Below, in pieces: positions 28,531 through 38,999 of a stretch of 60,222 nucleotides of DNA. The position numbers were made by a program, and so were the translations under genes. Position 1 is the first letter of the stretch, and every line of letters begins with the position of its first letter. This DNA is from a bacterium (lineage in GTDB: Bacteria > Margulisbacteria > WOR-1 > O2-12-FULL-45-9 > XYB2-FULL-48-7). The stretch lies in the NCBI GenBank assembly GCA_043812655.1, contig JBDRLW010000029.1:1-60222 (forward strand). The letters run 5' to 3'. The notes beneath the pieces are model-generated. The model did not search any database. It was not told where the DNA came from and worked only from the letters and a program-made list of their open reading frames with translations.

Positions 28531-29609
28531 TTAATATTATCCAATATTTTTGCGAGACGATGTTCCCAAGTATGTTCCCGTAAAACCCTTTGCCTAGCCC
28601 GGCCAGCAATCTCTCTTCTTTCCTCAGGGCGGTTTAAATAATATTTCACTAGTTCTTTAAGCTCCTCGCCGGACTCAAAACAAACCATCTCTTTTCCCAA
28701 TTCAAAATGCTGCTCGATCACGTCTTTTTTGTCTGCAAGTTGAAATCCCCCCGCCGCCGCAACCTCAAAGACCCTCGGCCCAGTCCCCGTCTTTAAAAAT
28801 GGGTGGTGGATATTCATTATTATTCTGGCGGCATTATAAGCTTTATTTGCTTCCCCAAAAGGCAAAATACCACCTTGGAGCGAGCCAGCTAGGGCAGGAA
28901 AGACTGCTAATAGTTTTTGCCAGTCAAAGTTGCCCCAGATCTTGACCTTATGGTCCGTTAAATACTCCAAGACTTTAGCACGGAATAATCCAACACCGGT
29001 AGAATTGGCGTTAACTGTGCCAACAAAATTTATATCACAGTCATACATTCTCTTTTCTTTTTCTGAAAGCTCCACTGGCTTAAAAATATCTGGATCAACT
29101 CCATTAGGTAAATAGGTTACCAACCGATCAGTGAACAATTTTATTTGCGGGATACATGAAGTCTCACAAGCAAAAATATGATCATAATGTAATAAACACT
29201 TAGTGCTGTCATAAAATGGGAAAGGGTCATCTGCTACCCAAGCAACAATTGGGATTTTTATTTTTCTTCTAATTTCGATGAGAGAATCAGCCGTTATCAA
29301 GTTACTAAAGCTATCAATAATAAACAATACGCTTGGTGAATATTCTAAGACGCTATTCATAAAGTCTTGATTCAATAAAGTCTTTATTTTCCACCGTCTC
29401 CTTTCGTTCAAATGACGCTTTACCATTTCATCAATTGTAAAAGGCATCGGCGGCAACAACCCAAGGATTTTATCTTCGACAAATTTCGTTTCTAGCATAT
29501 TCGATAAAAATAGCCGGTGTTCATGCCCTAATTTTTTTAAAGCATCCCTATAAGAACTTGTTATATTTCCATAACAGGTCGGCCCAGGCCCAACTAAAAA
29601 CATTCTCAT
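28527..29609 (-). CDS. CgeB-like GT-B glycosyltransferase
   Basis: WVADDP, DINFVG, RVFEVAAAGGFQL, EHTWEHR. Confidence 0.85.
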   Translation of the reverse strand: MRMFLVGPGPTCYGNITSSYRDALKKLGHEHRLFLSNMLETKFVEDKILGLLPPMPFTIDEMVKRHLNERRRWKIKTLLNQDFMNSVLEYSPSVLFIIDSFSNLITADSLIEIRRKIKIPIVAWVADDPFPFYDSTKCLLHYDHIFACETSCIPQIKLFTDRLVTYLPNGVDPDIFKPVELSEKEKRMYDCDINFVGTVNANSTGVGLFRAKVLEYLTDHKVKIWGNFDWQKLLAVFPALAGSLQGGILPFGEANKAYNAARIIMNIHHPFLKTGTGPRVFEVAAAGGFQLADKKDVIEQHFELGKEMVCFESGEELKELVKYYLNRPEERREIAGRARQRVLREHTWEHRLAKILDNIK

Positions 29610-29614
29610 CTTAT

Positions 29615-30643
29615 TTATCCCTGAAAAACCTTTTCGAGCTTATCGAGTGATTTATCCCAATCATGTCTACCAACTGTTTCTATTCCATTGCAAGCCAGCT
29701 TGGTCCTTAGCTCGTCATTTTCGATCAGCTGACTAATCGCTTTCGATAGCTCAACGGGCTCTCTTGGGGGCAAGAGAAGACAATTATGTCCCGGCACACA
29801 ATATTCTCTAACTCCCATGGAGTCTGTAGCGATCACCGCATTGCCACAAGCCATCGCCTCTAGCGGCGGCAAGGCAAATCCCTCAATTATCGAAGCATGA
29901 ACAAAAATATCCCCTTGATTATAAATTTCAATCAGTTTCTCTTGGGAAGGGTTAGAAACAAATTGATCTATACATCCATAAGCCCCGATTGGAGGCGTTT
30001 TTTCTGTGGTTACAAAAGTTATCTTTAAGTTCTTCTTTCTGTTATTGATCAGCCCAAACATTTTTCTTTGTTTTTTTACCATGCAAAACGCGGCCAAAGC
30101 ATCTTGAACTCCTTTTATTCTGCCGTAACCAGTTGTTACATAAACAAGATTTAGCGTTTTTTTCCTCCGCTCTAGTTTCTCAACATTTTGGAACTTAAAA
30201 ATCGACGTATCGATCCCGTTAGGGATTACGAACGGATCTAAACCAAATCCATTCCTTAAATACTCTGCCAACCAACTTGAAATAGTTATAGGTTTAAGCG
30301 ATAACCTGAAGGTATTCTTTACTGTCTCAATTCTCTCAGAATCAGTATAAAAAGATTCTTCTTTTCCCTGTACATAATAGATTTTTTTATCTGCCTTTAA
30401 TTGATCGACTTCATAGGCGGTTGGCCAATAGGTCGCCATGATTACATCTGATTTCGGAAAATCATTCGAATATGGAGGGAGCTTAATAAGCTTCGCTTTT
30501 AAGGGATACCAATCAGGATAATCGCCAAAATGTGTGACGATGCTAACATCATGTCCTCTAGCTATCAACCTATCCGCATATTCAAAGACCATTTTGACCC
30601 CACCAAAATGCCCGATTCCCCATAAAAGATAAGTAATTTTCAT
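29615..30643 (-). CDS. Glycosyltransferase family 4
   Basis: GGVK, ATYWPT, YYVQGKE, EGFALPPLEAMACG. Confidence 0.9.
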   Translation of the reverse strand: MKITYLLWGIGHFGGVKMVFEYADRLIARGHDVSIVTHFGDYPDWYPLKAKLIKLPPYSNDFPKSDVIMATYWPTAYEVDQLKADKKIYYVQGKEESFYTDSERIETVKNTFRLSLKPITISSWLAEYLRNGFGLDPFVIPNGIDTSIFKFQNVEKLERRKKTLNLVYVTTGYGRIKGVQDALAAFCMVKKQRKMFGLINNRKKNLKITFVTTEKTPPIGAYGCIDQFVSNPSQEKLIEIYNQGDIFVHASIIEGFALPPLEAMACGNAVIATDSMGVREYCVPGHNCLLLPPREPVELSKAISQLIENDELRTKLACNGIETVGRHDWDKSLDKLEKVFQG

Positions 30644-30644
30644 T

Positions 30645-31952
30645 TTACCTTCCCACCCCATGATAAACAAAACCTGAATTCCTAACTTTCTTAGGGTCAT
30701 AAAGATTCCTGCCATCAAAAATGATCGCTTTTTCCATCAGTGAGCCCATCTTCTTTAGATCAAGATCGGCAAACTCATCCCACTCCGTTACCAATAGGAC
30801 AGCATCACCCCCTTGTGCCGCTTCGTAAGCATTTCGACAAAACTTAACGCCGTTTAAAATCTTTTTAGTCGCAGGCATAGCCTTGGGATCATAAGCCTTA
30901 ACTCTGACCCCTTTTTTTATCAAGATTTTAATAATGTCAATAGAAATTGATTCCCTAATGTCATCAGTCTTTGGTTTAAATGCCAAACCAAGAACTCCAA
31001 TCGTTTTACCTCTTAATCCTTTAAGCTCTTTTTCTATCTTTTCCAGAAATCGGAACTTATGATTATTATTAACATCAATAACCGCCCGCAACAGATGGAA
31101 ATTGTGGCCGCGTGAATTAGCCAGGTGGTCAAGAGCCCTGGTATCTTTAGGGAAACACGAGCCTCCATAACCCAACCCGGCCGATAAAAAATGCGGGCCG
31201 ATCCTTTTATCCAGCCTCATCGCATTAGACACCTCTTTAATATCAGCCCCAAGCTGTTCGCATAAATGGGCGATCTCGTTGATAAACGAAATTTTGGTCG
31301 CTAGGAACGCGTTAGAAGCATACTTTATCATCTCCGCGCTTTGAAGATCAGTAAAAATAAGTGGGGGTCGGGACTCGCCTAACGCTAAAAGCGGTTGATA
31401 AAGTTTATTGAACAATCCTTGGACGTTTGGATCATTTGTACCGATCACTATCCTATCCGGATAAAAGCTGTCCTCAACTGCCGTTCCCTCTCTTAAAAAT
31501 TCTGGATTAAAGACAACATCAATGTTCTCCTTGCCTAAGGTCTTTTCGATTTCTCCTGTCGTCCCTACCGGCACAGTACTTTTTATTACTACGGTCTTTT
31601 TCTGCCCCTTTGTTATAAAGCGCCCAACAGTTTTTACGATTTCTTGCAACGCCCGCAGATCCGCTTCCCCGTTTTTCTTCCTTGGGGTTCCCACCGCTAC
31701 AAAAATAAAAGAACCAAACTTGAGCCCTTCGATAATATTACTCGTAAAAGACAACCGACCATTTAACATGTTTTTTTGGACAAGTTCGCCTAGCCCCGGT
31801 TCATGAATAGGGATCCTTCCCCTTTTAAGTTTATGGATTTTAGCCTTGTCCTTATCTACACAGACTACTTTATTTCCCAGCTCTGCAAAACAGGCCGCAG
31901 TAGATAAGCCCACATAGCCAGCACCGATCACACAAAGTTGGAAACTTTTCAT
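30645..31952 (-). CDS. ugd: UDP-glucose/GDP-mannose 6-dehydrogenase
   Basis: GAGYVGL, AVGTP, KSTVPVGT, NPEFLREG, KYASNAFLATKISF, GYGGSCFPKD. Confidence 0.93.
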   Translation of the reverse strand: MKSFQLCVIGAGYVGLSTAACFAELGNKVVCVDKDKAKIHKLKRGRIPIHEPGLGELVQKNMLNGRLSFTSNIIEGLKFGSFIFVAVGTPRKKNGEADLRALQEIVKTVGRFITKGQKKTVVIKSTVPVGTTGEIEKTLGKENIDVVFNPEFLREGTAVEDSFYPDRIVIGTNDPNVQGLFNKLYQPLLALGESRPPLIFTDLQSAEMIKYASNAFLATKISFINEIAHLCEQLGADIKEVSNAMRLDKRIGPHFLSAGLGYGGSCFPKDTRALDHLANSRGHNFHLLRAVIDVNNNHKFRFLEKIEKELKGLRGKTIGVLGLAFKPKTDDIRESISIDIIKILIKKGVRVKAYDPKAMPATKKILNGVKFCRNAYEAAQGGDAVLLVTEWDEFADLDLKKMGSLMEKAIIFDGRNLYDPKKVRNSGFVYHGVGR

Positions 31953-31962
31953 TTTTTATGGC

Positions 31963-32901
31963 CTATCCTTCTTTACGACTATAATACTCAATTGTCTTCT
32001 GCAACCCTTCGGCAAAATCAATCACGGGCCGGTATCCAAACGCCTCCCCTGCTTTGTTTATCTCGGCCAGTGAATGCTTAATATCAGCAGCTCTTTCGGC
32101 TAGAAAAACCGGCGTAATATTTTTTTTCATGATTTCATTGAGGATCCTTACTAATTCAAGCAGTGTATGTCTATTCCCACAAGCAATATTAAATACTTTT
32201 CCAGAAATTCCTTTTTTTTGGACAGCCAGCAAATTAGCGTGTACAACATTTTTTACAAAAGTAAAATCTCTTGATTGGGTGCCATCACCAAATATTACGG
32301 GAGGTTTTTCTTTTAACATCAATTCAATAAATTTGGGGATAACCGCGGCATATTCGGATTTTGGGTCCTGCCTCGGGCCAAAAACATTAAAATATCTCAA
32401 ACAAACGGTTTCCAGCCCGTAAACCTTTGAAAATATACGGCAATACCATTCTCCGGCCAGTTTTGCCGCAGGATAAGGAGCTTTTGGCTTTGGATTCATT
32501 TCTTCAACTTTTGGCAATGCAGGATTATCACCGTAAACCGAAGAGGAGGAGGCATAAACCACCCTTTTTACCCCCGCCTCTCTTGATGCCAATAAAACAT
32601 TCAAGGTCCCGTTGACGTTAACATCGTTACAGCGCAGAGGCTCTTTGATCGATCTTGGTATTGAGGCTAACGCGGCCTGATGTAAAACATAGTCGATCCC
32701 TTTCATTGCCTGGGTAACAATATTAACATTCCTGATATCACCTTCAATAATTTCAATCGCTGAAGAAAATTGTTTTAAGTTCTCTTTCTTGCCAGTACTA
32801 AAATCATCCAGCACTTTTACTTTTTGACCCTGATTAACAAGCTCTTCCACAATGTTTGAACCAATAAAACCAGCCCCACCAGTTATTAAATAATTATTCA
32901 T
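31963..32901 (-). CDS. UDP-GlcNAc 4-epimerase-like SDR (WbpP-like)
   Basis: TGGAGFIGSN, HQAALASIPRS, ASSSSVYG, LRYFNVFGPRQDP, YAAVIP. Confidence 0.9.
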   Translation of the reverse strand: MNNYLITGGAGFIGSNIVEELVNQGQKVKVLDDFSTGKKENLKQFSSAIEIIEGDIRNVNIVTQAMKGIDYVLHQAALASIPRSIKEPLRCNDVNVNGTLNVLLASREAGVKRVVYASSSSVYGDNPALPKVEEMNPKPKAPYPAAKLAGEWYCRIFSKVYGLETVCLRYFNVFGPRQDPKSEYAAVIPKFIELMLKEKPPVIFGDGTQSRDFTFVKNVVHANLLAVQKKGISGKVFNIACGNRHTLLELVRILNEIMKKNITPVFLAERAADIKHSLAEINKAGEAFGYRPVIDFAEGLQKTIEYYSRKEG

Positions 32902-32916
32902 AAATTAAAAATACCT

Positions 32917-35244
32917 TCATATCAATTTTTTGTAAATTTCATTCCATTTTGGCCATACAACTTCCGGAGTAAAATGCTCAAGATATAGTTTGCGGCTTTG
33001 TTCTCCAAAACTTAAGCGCTTAACTTTATCATTATACAACTTGACGATTGCGCCTGCCAGCGATGCTGGCTCTTCTGGGGGAACTAATATCGCGTTTATT
33101 CCATCCTTAACGACCTCTGGAACTGAACCAACGCTCGTAGCAATAATTGGCTTTCTCATGCCCATTGCATAAAGCAGTGAATTGGGCATCCCTTCAGTAC
33201 GAGAAGGAAGCACAAAAATATCATTATTACTTATAAATCCAGAGATCGAATCCTCACTAACCATTCCAACAAATGAGACTTTTTCCTTTATTCCAAGAGA
33301 GCTTACCAGTAATTCAAGATTGCGTCTTTCAACCCCTTCGCCCCCGATCAAACATTTAATTTTTAATCCTTTGTCAGTCAAGTTTTTTATCGCCTTTATC
33401 AGAACATCATATCCTTTTTCATGAGAAAGCCTTCCCAGGCTGCCAATAATCACTTCATTTGTCTCCAGCCTTTGGTTCGTAGAAATATTCGTAGAAATAT
33501 ATGGATCAGGAATGCAATTGGGGATAACTGCTACTTTAGACTCCGGACCAAACACTCTCCAGGCACGCTGTCTTATTTGTTTTGATAAAACCATAATAAT
33601 ACAATGTCTGCTGATCTCCTTTAGTTTTTTTAGGCTGTAAAACCATGTCTTCTGATAATAATCTTCCTTGTCCACTCCCCCACGCTCACTGAAAATCATC
33701 GGCACATGGCGTCGCCTAGCCCATGTAACCGCAAGCTCCGTCCCAAAATCACAACGAAAAGAATGAACTAAACTAGCCGGGTTAAATAAATCTTGCCAGG
33801 AAAGAAGTAGATAAAAGATAATATTGTTAATTATTTTTTTCGGCCCACGTTTAAATTCATAATCGATCTCCTTCTTCAGTTTATCTCTTGCTTCCCTAAA
33901 TTTTAATTTTTTAATAAAACTGTAAACAGGAAGAAGCATCTTGCCTGAAATGGAAACATAAATATACAGAAAATCAATGATTTTAGAGCTAAGAGGTCTG
34001 GGGGCAATAACTCTAACTCCCTCCTCTCTAAGCTTTACTACATATTGATTATCTTTGGATGTGGGATAATAGCTAAATACCACTGGCCGATACCCTTCTT
34101 TTTTCCGATTTAAGACCATAGCCACGAATTGTTTTTCTGCTCCACCAAGTCCGGCAAAAAAACCAATAACAAAGAAAACCGTCTTTCCTTTTCGGCAAGG
34201 CAAAATCAATGCCTCGCATTTTGTGGCTAGTTTCTGAAAATAAATACTAAAACGCCTCCCCTCTATTAAGCGCAAAACAGCTTTTGCTTCTTTATGCTCT
34301 GGATTTACGATAAGGGCTTTTCTTAGGTAATTTTTTGCTTCGGCCATCGATCCTCTACTCTGATACATTTTTGCTAATCTAAAATAACTTTCGGAAAGTG
34401 GAAAGCTATCCAAACTCATTTTTAAGTATCTAATACTATCCTCATCTGCCTTCCTATAAGAGAATATTCTGGCAATATTCAAATAGGCGATGGCTTTGGC
34501 CAGCGATGGATCTTGATATTCCCAATCTATCCAGGGGAACAGTTCTTTTAAGTCATATTTCGCCAAAATTCTTCTCAAAACTTCAGCGTCAAATCGAAGA
34601 TCTCTACCTGAACCAGTAAGGGCCGATGAATGTTTCCGCCAAGAAGACATCTTATTGGCTAGATGCTTAAAGTTATATTTAGCCACCGCCCGAGTCCAAA
34701 ACTCATAATCCTCTGCTAATTCACTAAAAAAGGGATCAAATCCCCCCAATTCTTGGTAACATTTTTTTTTAATCATTACCCCAACGTTTGGAATAGGATT
34801 ATTCCACACCATAGATTCTATCAGCTCTTCTTTGTTTTTAAAATTACGATGCAAAAGCTCCCCAATCATCACACCATTTTCATCAATCAAAGTAAAATCA
34901 CCATAAACAACATCAAGGCGTTGATCGGCCTCAATTTCATTAAGCTCCAATCTCAGGCATTCCGGCATTAAAACATCATCACTATCAAGCCAAACCAAAT
35001 ATTCTCCGCAAGCTTTACTTATTCCATAATTCCTTGAATCCGCCACATTAGTATGCGACTTATAATAGTAACTGATTTTACTGGATTGAAATTCTCTGAC
35101 TATCCTCTTTGTATCGTCGGTTGAACCATCATCGATAACAATCAATTCATAATCAGCAAAGCTTTGGTCCAACGCACTCTGAATTGCTTCTTTAATATAC
35201 TTGGATCGATTGTAAGTAACGATAATTATGCTGATTTTTGGCAT
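32917..35244 (-). CDS. GT2 + TPR + GT4 bifunctional glycosyltransferase
   Basis: N-terminal ISIIIVTYNR/DDGSTD/WLDSDD; TPR-like middle; C-terminal GGAEKQ, GRLSHEKG, PSRTEGMP. Confidence 0.9.
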   Translation of the reverse strand: MPKISIIIVTYNRSKYIKEAIQSALDQSFADYELIVIDDGSTDDTKRIVREFQSSKISYYYKSHTNVADSRNYGISKACGEYLVWLDSDDVLMPECLRLELNEIEADQRLDVVYGDFTLIDENGVMIGELLHRNFKNKEELIESMVWNNPIPNVGVMIKKKCYQELGGFDPFFSELAEDYEFWTRAVAKYNFKHLANKMSSWRKHSSALTGSGRDLRFDAEVLRRILAKYDLKELFPWIDWEYQDPSLAKAIAYLNIARIFSYRKADEDSIRYLKMSLDSFPLSESYFRLAKMYQSRGSMAEAKNYLRKALIVNPEHKEAKAVLRLIEGRRFSIYFQKLATKCEALILPCRKGKTVFFVIGFFAGLGGAEKQFVAMVLNRKKEGYRPVVFSYYPTSKDNQYVVKLREEGVRVIAPRPLSSKIIDFLYIYVSISGKMLLPVYSFIKKLKFREARDKLKKEIDYEFKRGPKKIINNIIFYLLLSWQDLFNPASLVHSFRCDFGTELAVTWARRRHVPMIFSERGGVDKEDYYQKTWFYSLKKLKEISRHCIIMVLSKQIRQRAWRVFGPESKVAVIPNCIPDPYISTNISTNQRLETNEVIIGSLGRLSHEKGYDVLIKAIKNLTDKGLKIKCLIGGEGVERRNLELLVSSLGIKEKVSFVGMVSEDSISGFISNNDIFVLPSRTEGMPNSLLYAMGMRKPIIATSVGSVPEVVKDGINAILVPPEEPASLAGAIVKLYNDKVKRLSFGEQSRKLYLEHFTPEVVWPKWNEIYKKLI

Positions 35245-35247
35245 GCG

Positions 35248-36189
35248 TTATTTCAATTTTTTAAAGGTTAAAAAGTTAACTGTTTTATCCCCAACAAAAG
35301 ACCTAATAATCAAAGAAAGGAATTCCCTGTTAAAAGCTGTAAAAGGATTGTTAAATAGAGATAAAATAATTTTTTTGCGGGCTGTATTGAGGTCCTTAGC
35401 ATAATATTTTTCTCTTGCATCCTGGTAGCATCTTAAAGACAGGTGCGATCTAAAACTCCACCAAAGCCTAATGTATCGTAAAGTAAAAGGATTCCCCCAG
35501 TATCTACGGCTTATCTTCGGTTGTTCTTTACATACCTTTTCATGATCACCAGAAATACTGTTATCATGCAAACGTTGATTAGCTAAAATAGCAGGGAGGT
35601 AAGCAAACTGATGTTTTGCCCCTATCCTTAACCAATATTCATAATCATTCGCGACCATGTCCGCAAATAAACCAACTTCATCCATTATTTTTTTTCGAAT
35701 AAAAATTGCCACCCCAGGTATCCTTAAACGATCTTTCCAACCCCATGATCTTAGTAAACGCTCATAATTATATTCATTTGATACCATTAAATAACTACTA
35801 CTATTCTTTTCATCAATTATCATGGCATCGCCATAAACAGCCGCAATCTCTGGATGTTTTTGTAGAAACTCAGCCGCATTTTTAACGGCATTCAAAGGAT
35901 AAGAATCAGAAGTCGGCAATAACCCCACAATTTCCCCTTTCACCAAACCTCTGTTAAATATTTTATTCAGAGCATCAGCCACGCCCTGATCTGGTTCTGA
36001 ATCCCAGTTAACGTCTTTATCGTACTTACGTAGGATGTCTACAGTCCCGTCAGTTGACCCACCGTCCATAATTATATGTTCGATATTTGGATAGTCTTGG
36101 TTTTTCACGGACAAAATCGCTTCTTCAATATACTGGCCTTGATTAAATGAAGGCGTAATTATCGAAACAAGCGGATATTTATTGTCCAT
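35248..36189 (-). CDS. Glycosyltransferase family 2
   Basis: VSIITPSFNQG, DGGSTDGT, SEPDQG, DYEYWLR. Confidence 0.9.
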   Translation of the reverse strand: MDNKYPLVSIITPSFNQGQYIEEAILSVKNQDYPNIEHIIMDGGSTDGTVDILRKYDKDVNWDSEPDQGVADALNKIFNRGLVKGEIVGLLPTSDSYPLNAVKNAAEFLQKHPEIAAVYGDAMIIDEKNSSSYLMVSNEYNYERLLRSWGWKDRLRIPGVAIFIRKKIMDEVGLFADMVANDYEYWLRIGAKHQFAYLPAILANQRLHDNSISGDHEKVCKEQPKISRRYWGNPFTLRYIRLWWSFRSHLSLRCYQDAREKYYAKDLNTARKKIILSLFNNPFTAFNREFLSLIIRSFVGDKTVNFLTFKKLK

Positions 36190-37195
36190 CAAACATCTCT
36201 TTGCTGTCTGCCGGAGCATAATAAATTATTTGGCTTCCCATATTTTCAAACCTGAACGGGACAAATAACAAGTTTTTCAGCGCTTCTTTAACCTTATTCT
36301 GAAGTTCTGGCTTAACAAAAAAGAGCATAAAACCTCCACCCCCAGCGCCTAAAAGCTTGCCGCCAACTGCTCCAGCCTTAAGTGCTGCATTATAGATATC
36401 ATCTATTTCACTTGTTGATATTAACTTGGTCAGGCCACTTTTTAATCTCCAAGACTCGTTTAGAAGTTTGCCAAATTCAAACAACTCCTCGTCCGGGCCG
36501 TTTAAAACATCGATCGCCCGCTCCACCATCTCTTTCATAGCTTTTAATTCCTGCGCTTTTAATGGGGTGTTTTTTATCTGTTCTCTAGCAATTTCTGAAG
36601 CATTGCGTGAATACCTGGTAAAAAATAACATCAGATGATCTTGTAACCGGCTAAGTTTTAACGGGTTAACTGTCATCGGGGTGACATGGAATTGTTGGCT
36701 TCCGCCAAATTCAATTTTATTAAACCCGCCAAAAGCCGCGGCAACTTGGTCTTGAGAGCCAACACATTCTTTAATAATATTCTGTTCAATCTGGATAGCT
36801 TCTCTGGCCAGTTGCCTTTTGGTGGTCATATTACCGGATAAAGCATATAAAGAATTGAGAAATCCAACCGTAAAAGCAGAGCTTGAGCCAATGCCAGATT
36901 GCGCGGGGATATCGCTGGTATGAACCATTTCAATCCCTCTATTTAATTTCAAAAAGCTCAGGCATTCGCGCACGGAAGGATGTTTAATTTCATTAATTCC
37001 CCCAACTTCCTCTCTAAAGGTGTATCTTATTTTATATTTATAATCAAAAAATGGGGGCAAAAACCGACAGCTTATATAACAATATTTATTAATAGTTGAG
37101 CTTAAAACTAAGCCCCCATTTTCTTCATACCAAGCGGGATAATCCGTCCCGCCACCAAAAAAAGAGACCCTAAATGGAGTCCTAGTTATTATCAT
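36179..37195 (-). CDS. GHMP sugar kinase (HddA-like heptose-7-phosphate kinase)
   Basis: TPFRVSFFGGGTD, PAQSGIGSSS, GSQDQ, GGKLLGAGGGG. Confidence 0.9.
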   Translation of the reverse strand: MIITRTPFRVSFFGGGTDYPAWYEENGGLVLSSTINKYCYISCRFLPPFFDYKYKIRYTFREEVGGINEIKHPSVRECLSFLKLNRGIEMVHTSDIPAQSGIGSSSAFTVGFLNSLYALSGNMTTKRQLAREAIQIEQNIIKECVGSQDQVAAAFGGFNKIEFGGSQQFHVTPMTVNPLKLSRLQDHLMLFFTRYSRNASEIAREQIKNTPLKAQELKAMKEMVERAIDVLNGPDEELFEFGKLLNESWRLKSGLTKLISTSEIDDIYNAALKAGAVGGKLLGAGGGGFMLFFVKPELQNKVKEALKNLLFVPFRFENMGSQIIYYAPADSKEMFDGQ

Positions 37196-38166
37196 GATAA
37201 ATTGTTTCCCCGTGCCATTTCAACCGCTGAGGGCACTATCTCGTCAATCCCCAACTTATTAAGTTGGTGTAAATATTCCCTGTTTCCGACAGCAAAAGTA
37301 TATTCATCGGCAAAGCCCAAATTCATCTGCTTTTGCGGCAGTTTATGATCGCGCATGATATTTGAGACCAAGGCATCTAATCCGCCTTTATTTTTAAACC
37401 CTTCTTCTAAAGAAATCACTCCATTATATGTTTTCAAGAGAGAAGCCAGTGCCTCTTCATCAAGATCTTTCAACATAAATAGATCAATAACTCCAACGTC
37501 AACTCCCATTAATTTAAGCTTTTCGGCCGCTGCCAACGCCTTATGCGTCATATAGCCAGTGGAGACAAAACAAAGCTCTTTTCCCCGTTTTATCTCACAA
37601 AAACCTTTTTTGAAATCAAATAGTTGCGTCTGATTGTAAATTTGATTTAGCGATTTGCCATCTAACCTGATATACTTTGGTTTATTTATTTCGATCGAGG
37701 CGTCGATAAATCTTTCCGTCAATAAATGATCACTGGGAGAAAAAAACATTACATTGGGCAAACATCTCATGATCGAAATATCCTCAAGGCAATGATGTGT
37801 TGGCCCGGTAACATCATAGCTTAGGCCAACACCAACTGCAATAATATTAAGGTTAAGTGGACGAATTTGTGACAGCATTGCCAAATTTATCCTTATTTGT
37901 TCATAAGCTCGCATTAAAAACGGCGCAATTAGATAGGCGTAAACGATGTAGCCTTCTAGCGCTAACCCAGTCGAGATATTTATCAGATTTTGTTCCGCAA
38001 TGCCAACGTTAATGAACCTATCTTTATACTTGGCTCTTAATTGATCTAAAGAGGGGGAACCAAAATCAGCTGAAATAAAAAATATTTTCTCGTTTTCACC
38101 CATCTTTTCATAAATCTTATCGATCAGTGCGTCTCTCATTACTTTTGGTTTAGTTTCTGTCCCCAT
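37192..38166 (-). CDS. Transketolase C-terminal (pyrimidine-binding) subunit
   Basis: MRDA, SADFG, NVGIAEQN, GPTHH, YIRLD. Confidence 0.9.
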   Translation of the reverse strand: MGTETKPKVMRDALIDKIYEKMGENEKIFFISADFGSPSLDQLRAKYKDRFINVGIAEQNLINISTGLALEGYIVYAYLIAPFLMRAYEQIRINLAMLSQIRPLNLNIIAVGVGLSYDVTGPTHHCLEDISIMRCLPNVMFFSPSDHLLTERFIDASIEINKPKYIRLDGKSLNQIYNQTQLFDFKKGFCEIKRGKELCFVSTGYMTHKALAAAEKLKLMGVDVGVIDLFMLKDLDEEALASLLKTYNGVISLEEGFKNKGGLDALVSNIMRDHKLPQKQMNLGFADEYTFAVGNREYLHQLNKLGIDEIVPSAVEMARGNNLS

Positions 38167-38168
38167 TT

Positions 38169-38999
38169 TTATCCTAGCTCCAAAACCAAAGCATCTATTT
38201 CCGCTGGTTTTAGTCCTTTTATGTGGCAAAGAGAATCTTCTTCCAACCTTTTAACCCCCTTCCCCTTTACGGTGTCTGCGATCAAAACTTTTGGAAAATC
38301 ACTTTCGTCTTTTTTTAACCGGCTCAATTTCTCATATAAAGCAGCCACATCATGCCCATTAACCTTATTGGCCTCCCAACCAAAAGCCTTGAATTTTTGG
38401 TCAAGCGGCGCTAGGTTTAAGATCTTTTTACAATGATCAAGCATGCATATTTTATTGTTATCAATGATCAAAATAAGATTATTTAACTTATGGTGTCCGG
38501 CAAACATTATTGCTTCCCAAACCGACCCCTCATTAAGCTCTCCATCCCCCATTAGCACAAAGACCTTTTCTTTTCTTTCTTTTCGCTTTAAAGCTAAAGC
38601 CAAACCACAAGCAACCCCTAAGCCCTGCCCTAGCGAACCATTAATCGTCTCAAGTCCGGGGATTGAACAATCTGGAATATCTCCTAAAATAGACCCTTCT
38701 TTTCCCACCTGGCGCAAATATTCTTTATCGAAAAACCCAAGGTCGGCCAGGATCGGATAAAAAGAGACCACGCCATGGGCCTTGCTGATAATGAAGCGAT
38801 CTCGATCTTCCGCGTAGATCTCCCTAGGATTAAATTTTATTATATTTCCATAATACAAAACCGTCAGCAGTTCCACGCAAGATAAAGCCGAAGCTAGCCT
38901 AATACCAGGTGCTATTTTATGGATAAGCAAAGTTTCTCGCCTAACCCATTTGGCTTTATCAGACAGCTTATCTATCAGGTTTATATCAACTGCCAGCAT
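38169..38999 (-). CDS. Transketolase N-terminal (ThDP-binding) subunit
   Basis: RDRFIISKAH, GSLGQG, GDGELNEGSVWE, TVKGKG. Confidence 0.9.
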   Translation of the reverse strand: MLAVDINLIDKLSDKAKWVRRETLLIHKIAPGIRLASALSCVELLTVLYYGNIIKFNPREIYAEDRDRFIISKAHGVVSFYPILADLGFFDKEYLRQVGKEGSILGDIPDCSIPGLETINGSLGQGLGVACGLALALKRKERKEKVFVLMGDGELNEGSVWEAIMFAGHHKLNNLILIIDNNKICMLDHCKKILNLAPLDQKFKAFGWEANKVNGHDVAALYEKLSRLKKDESDFPKVLIADTVKGKGVKRLEEDSLCHIKGLKPAEIDALVLELG

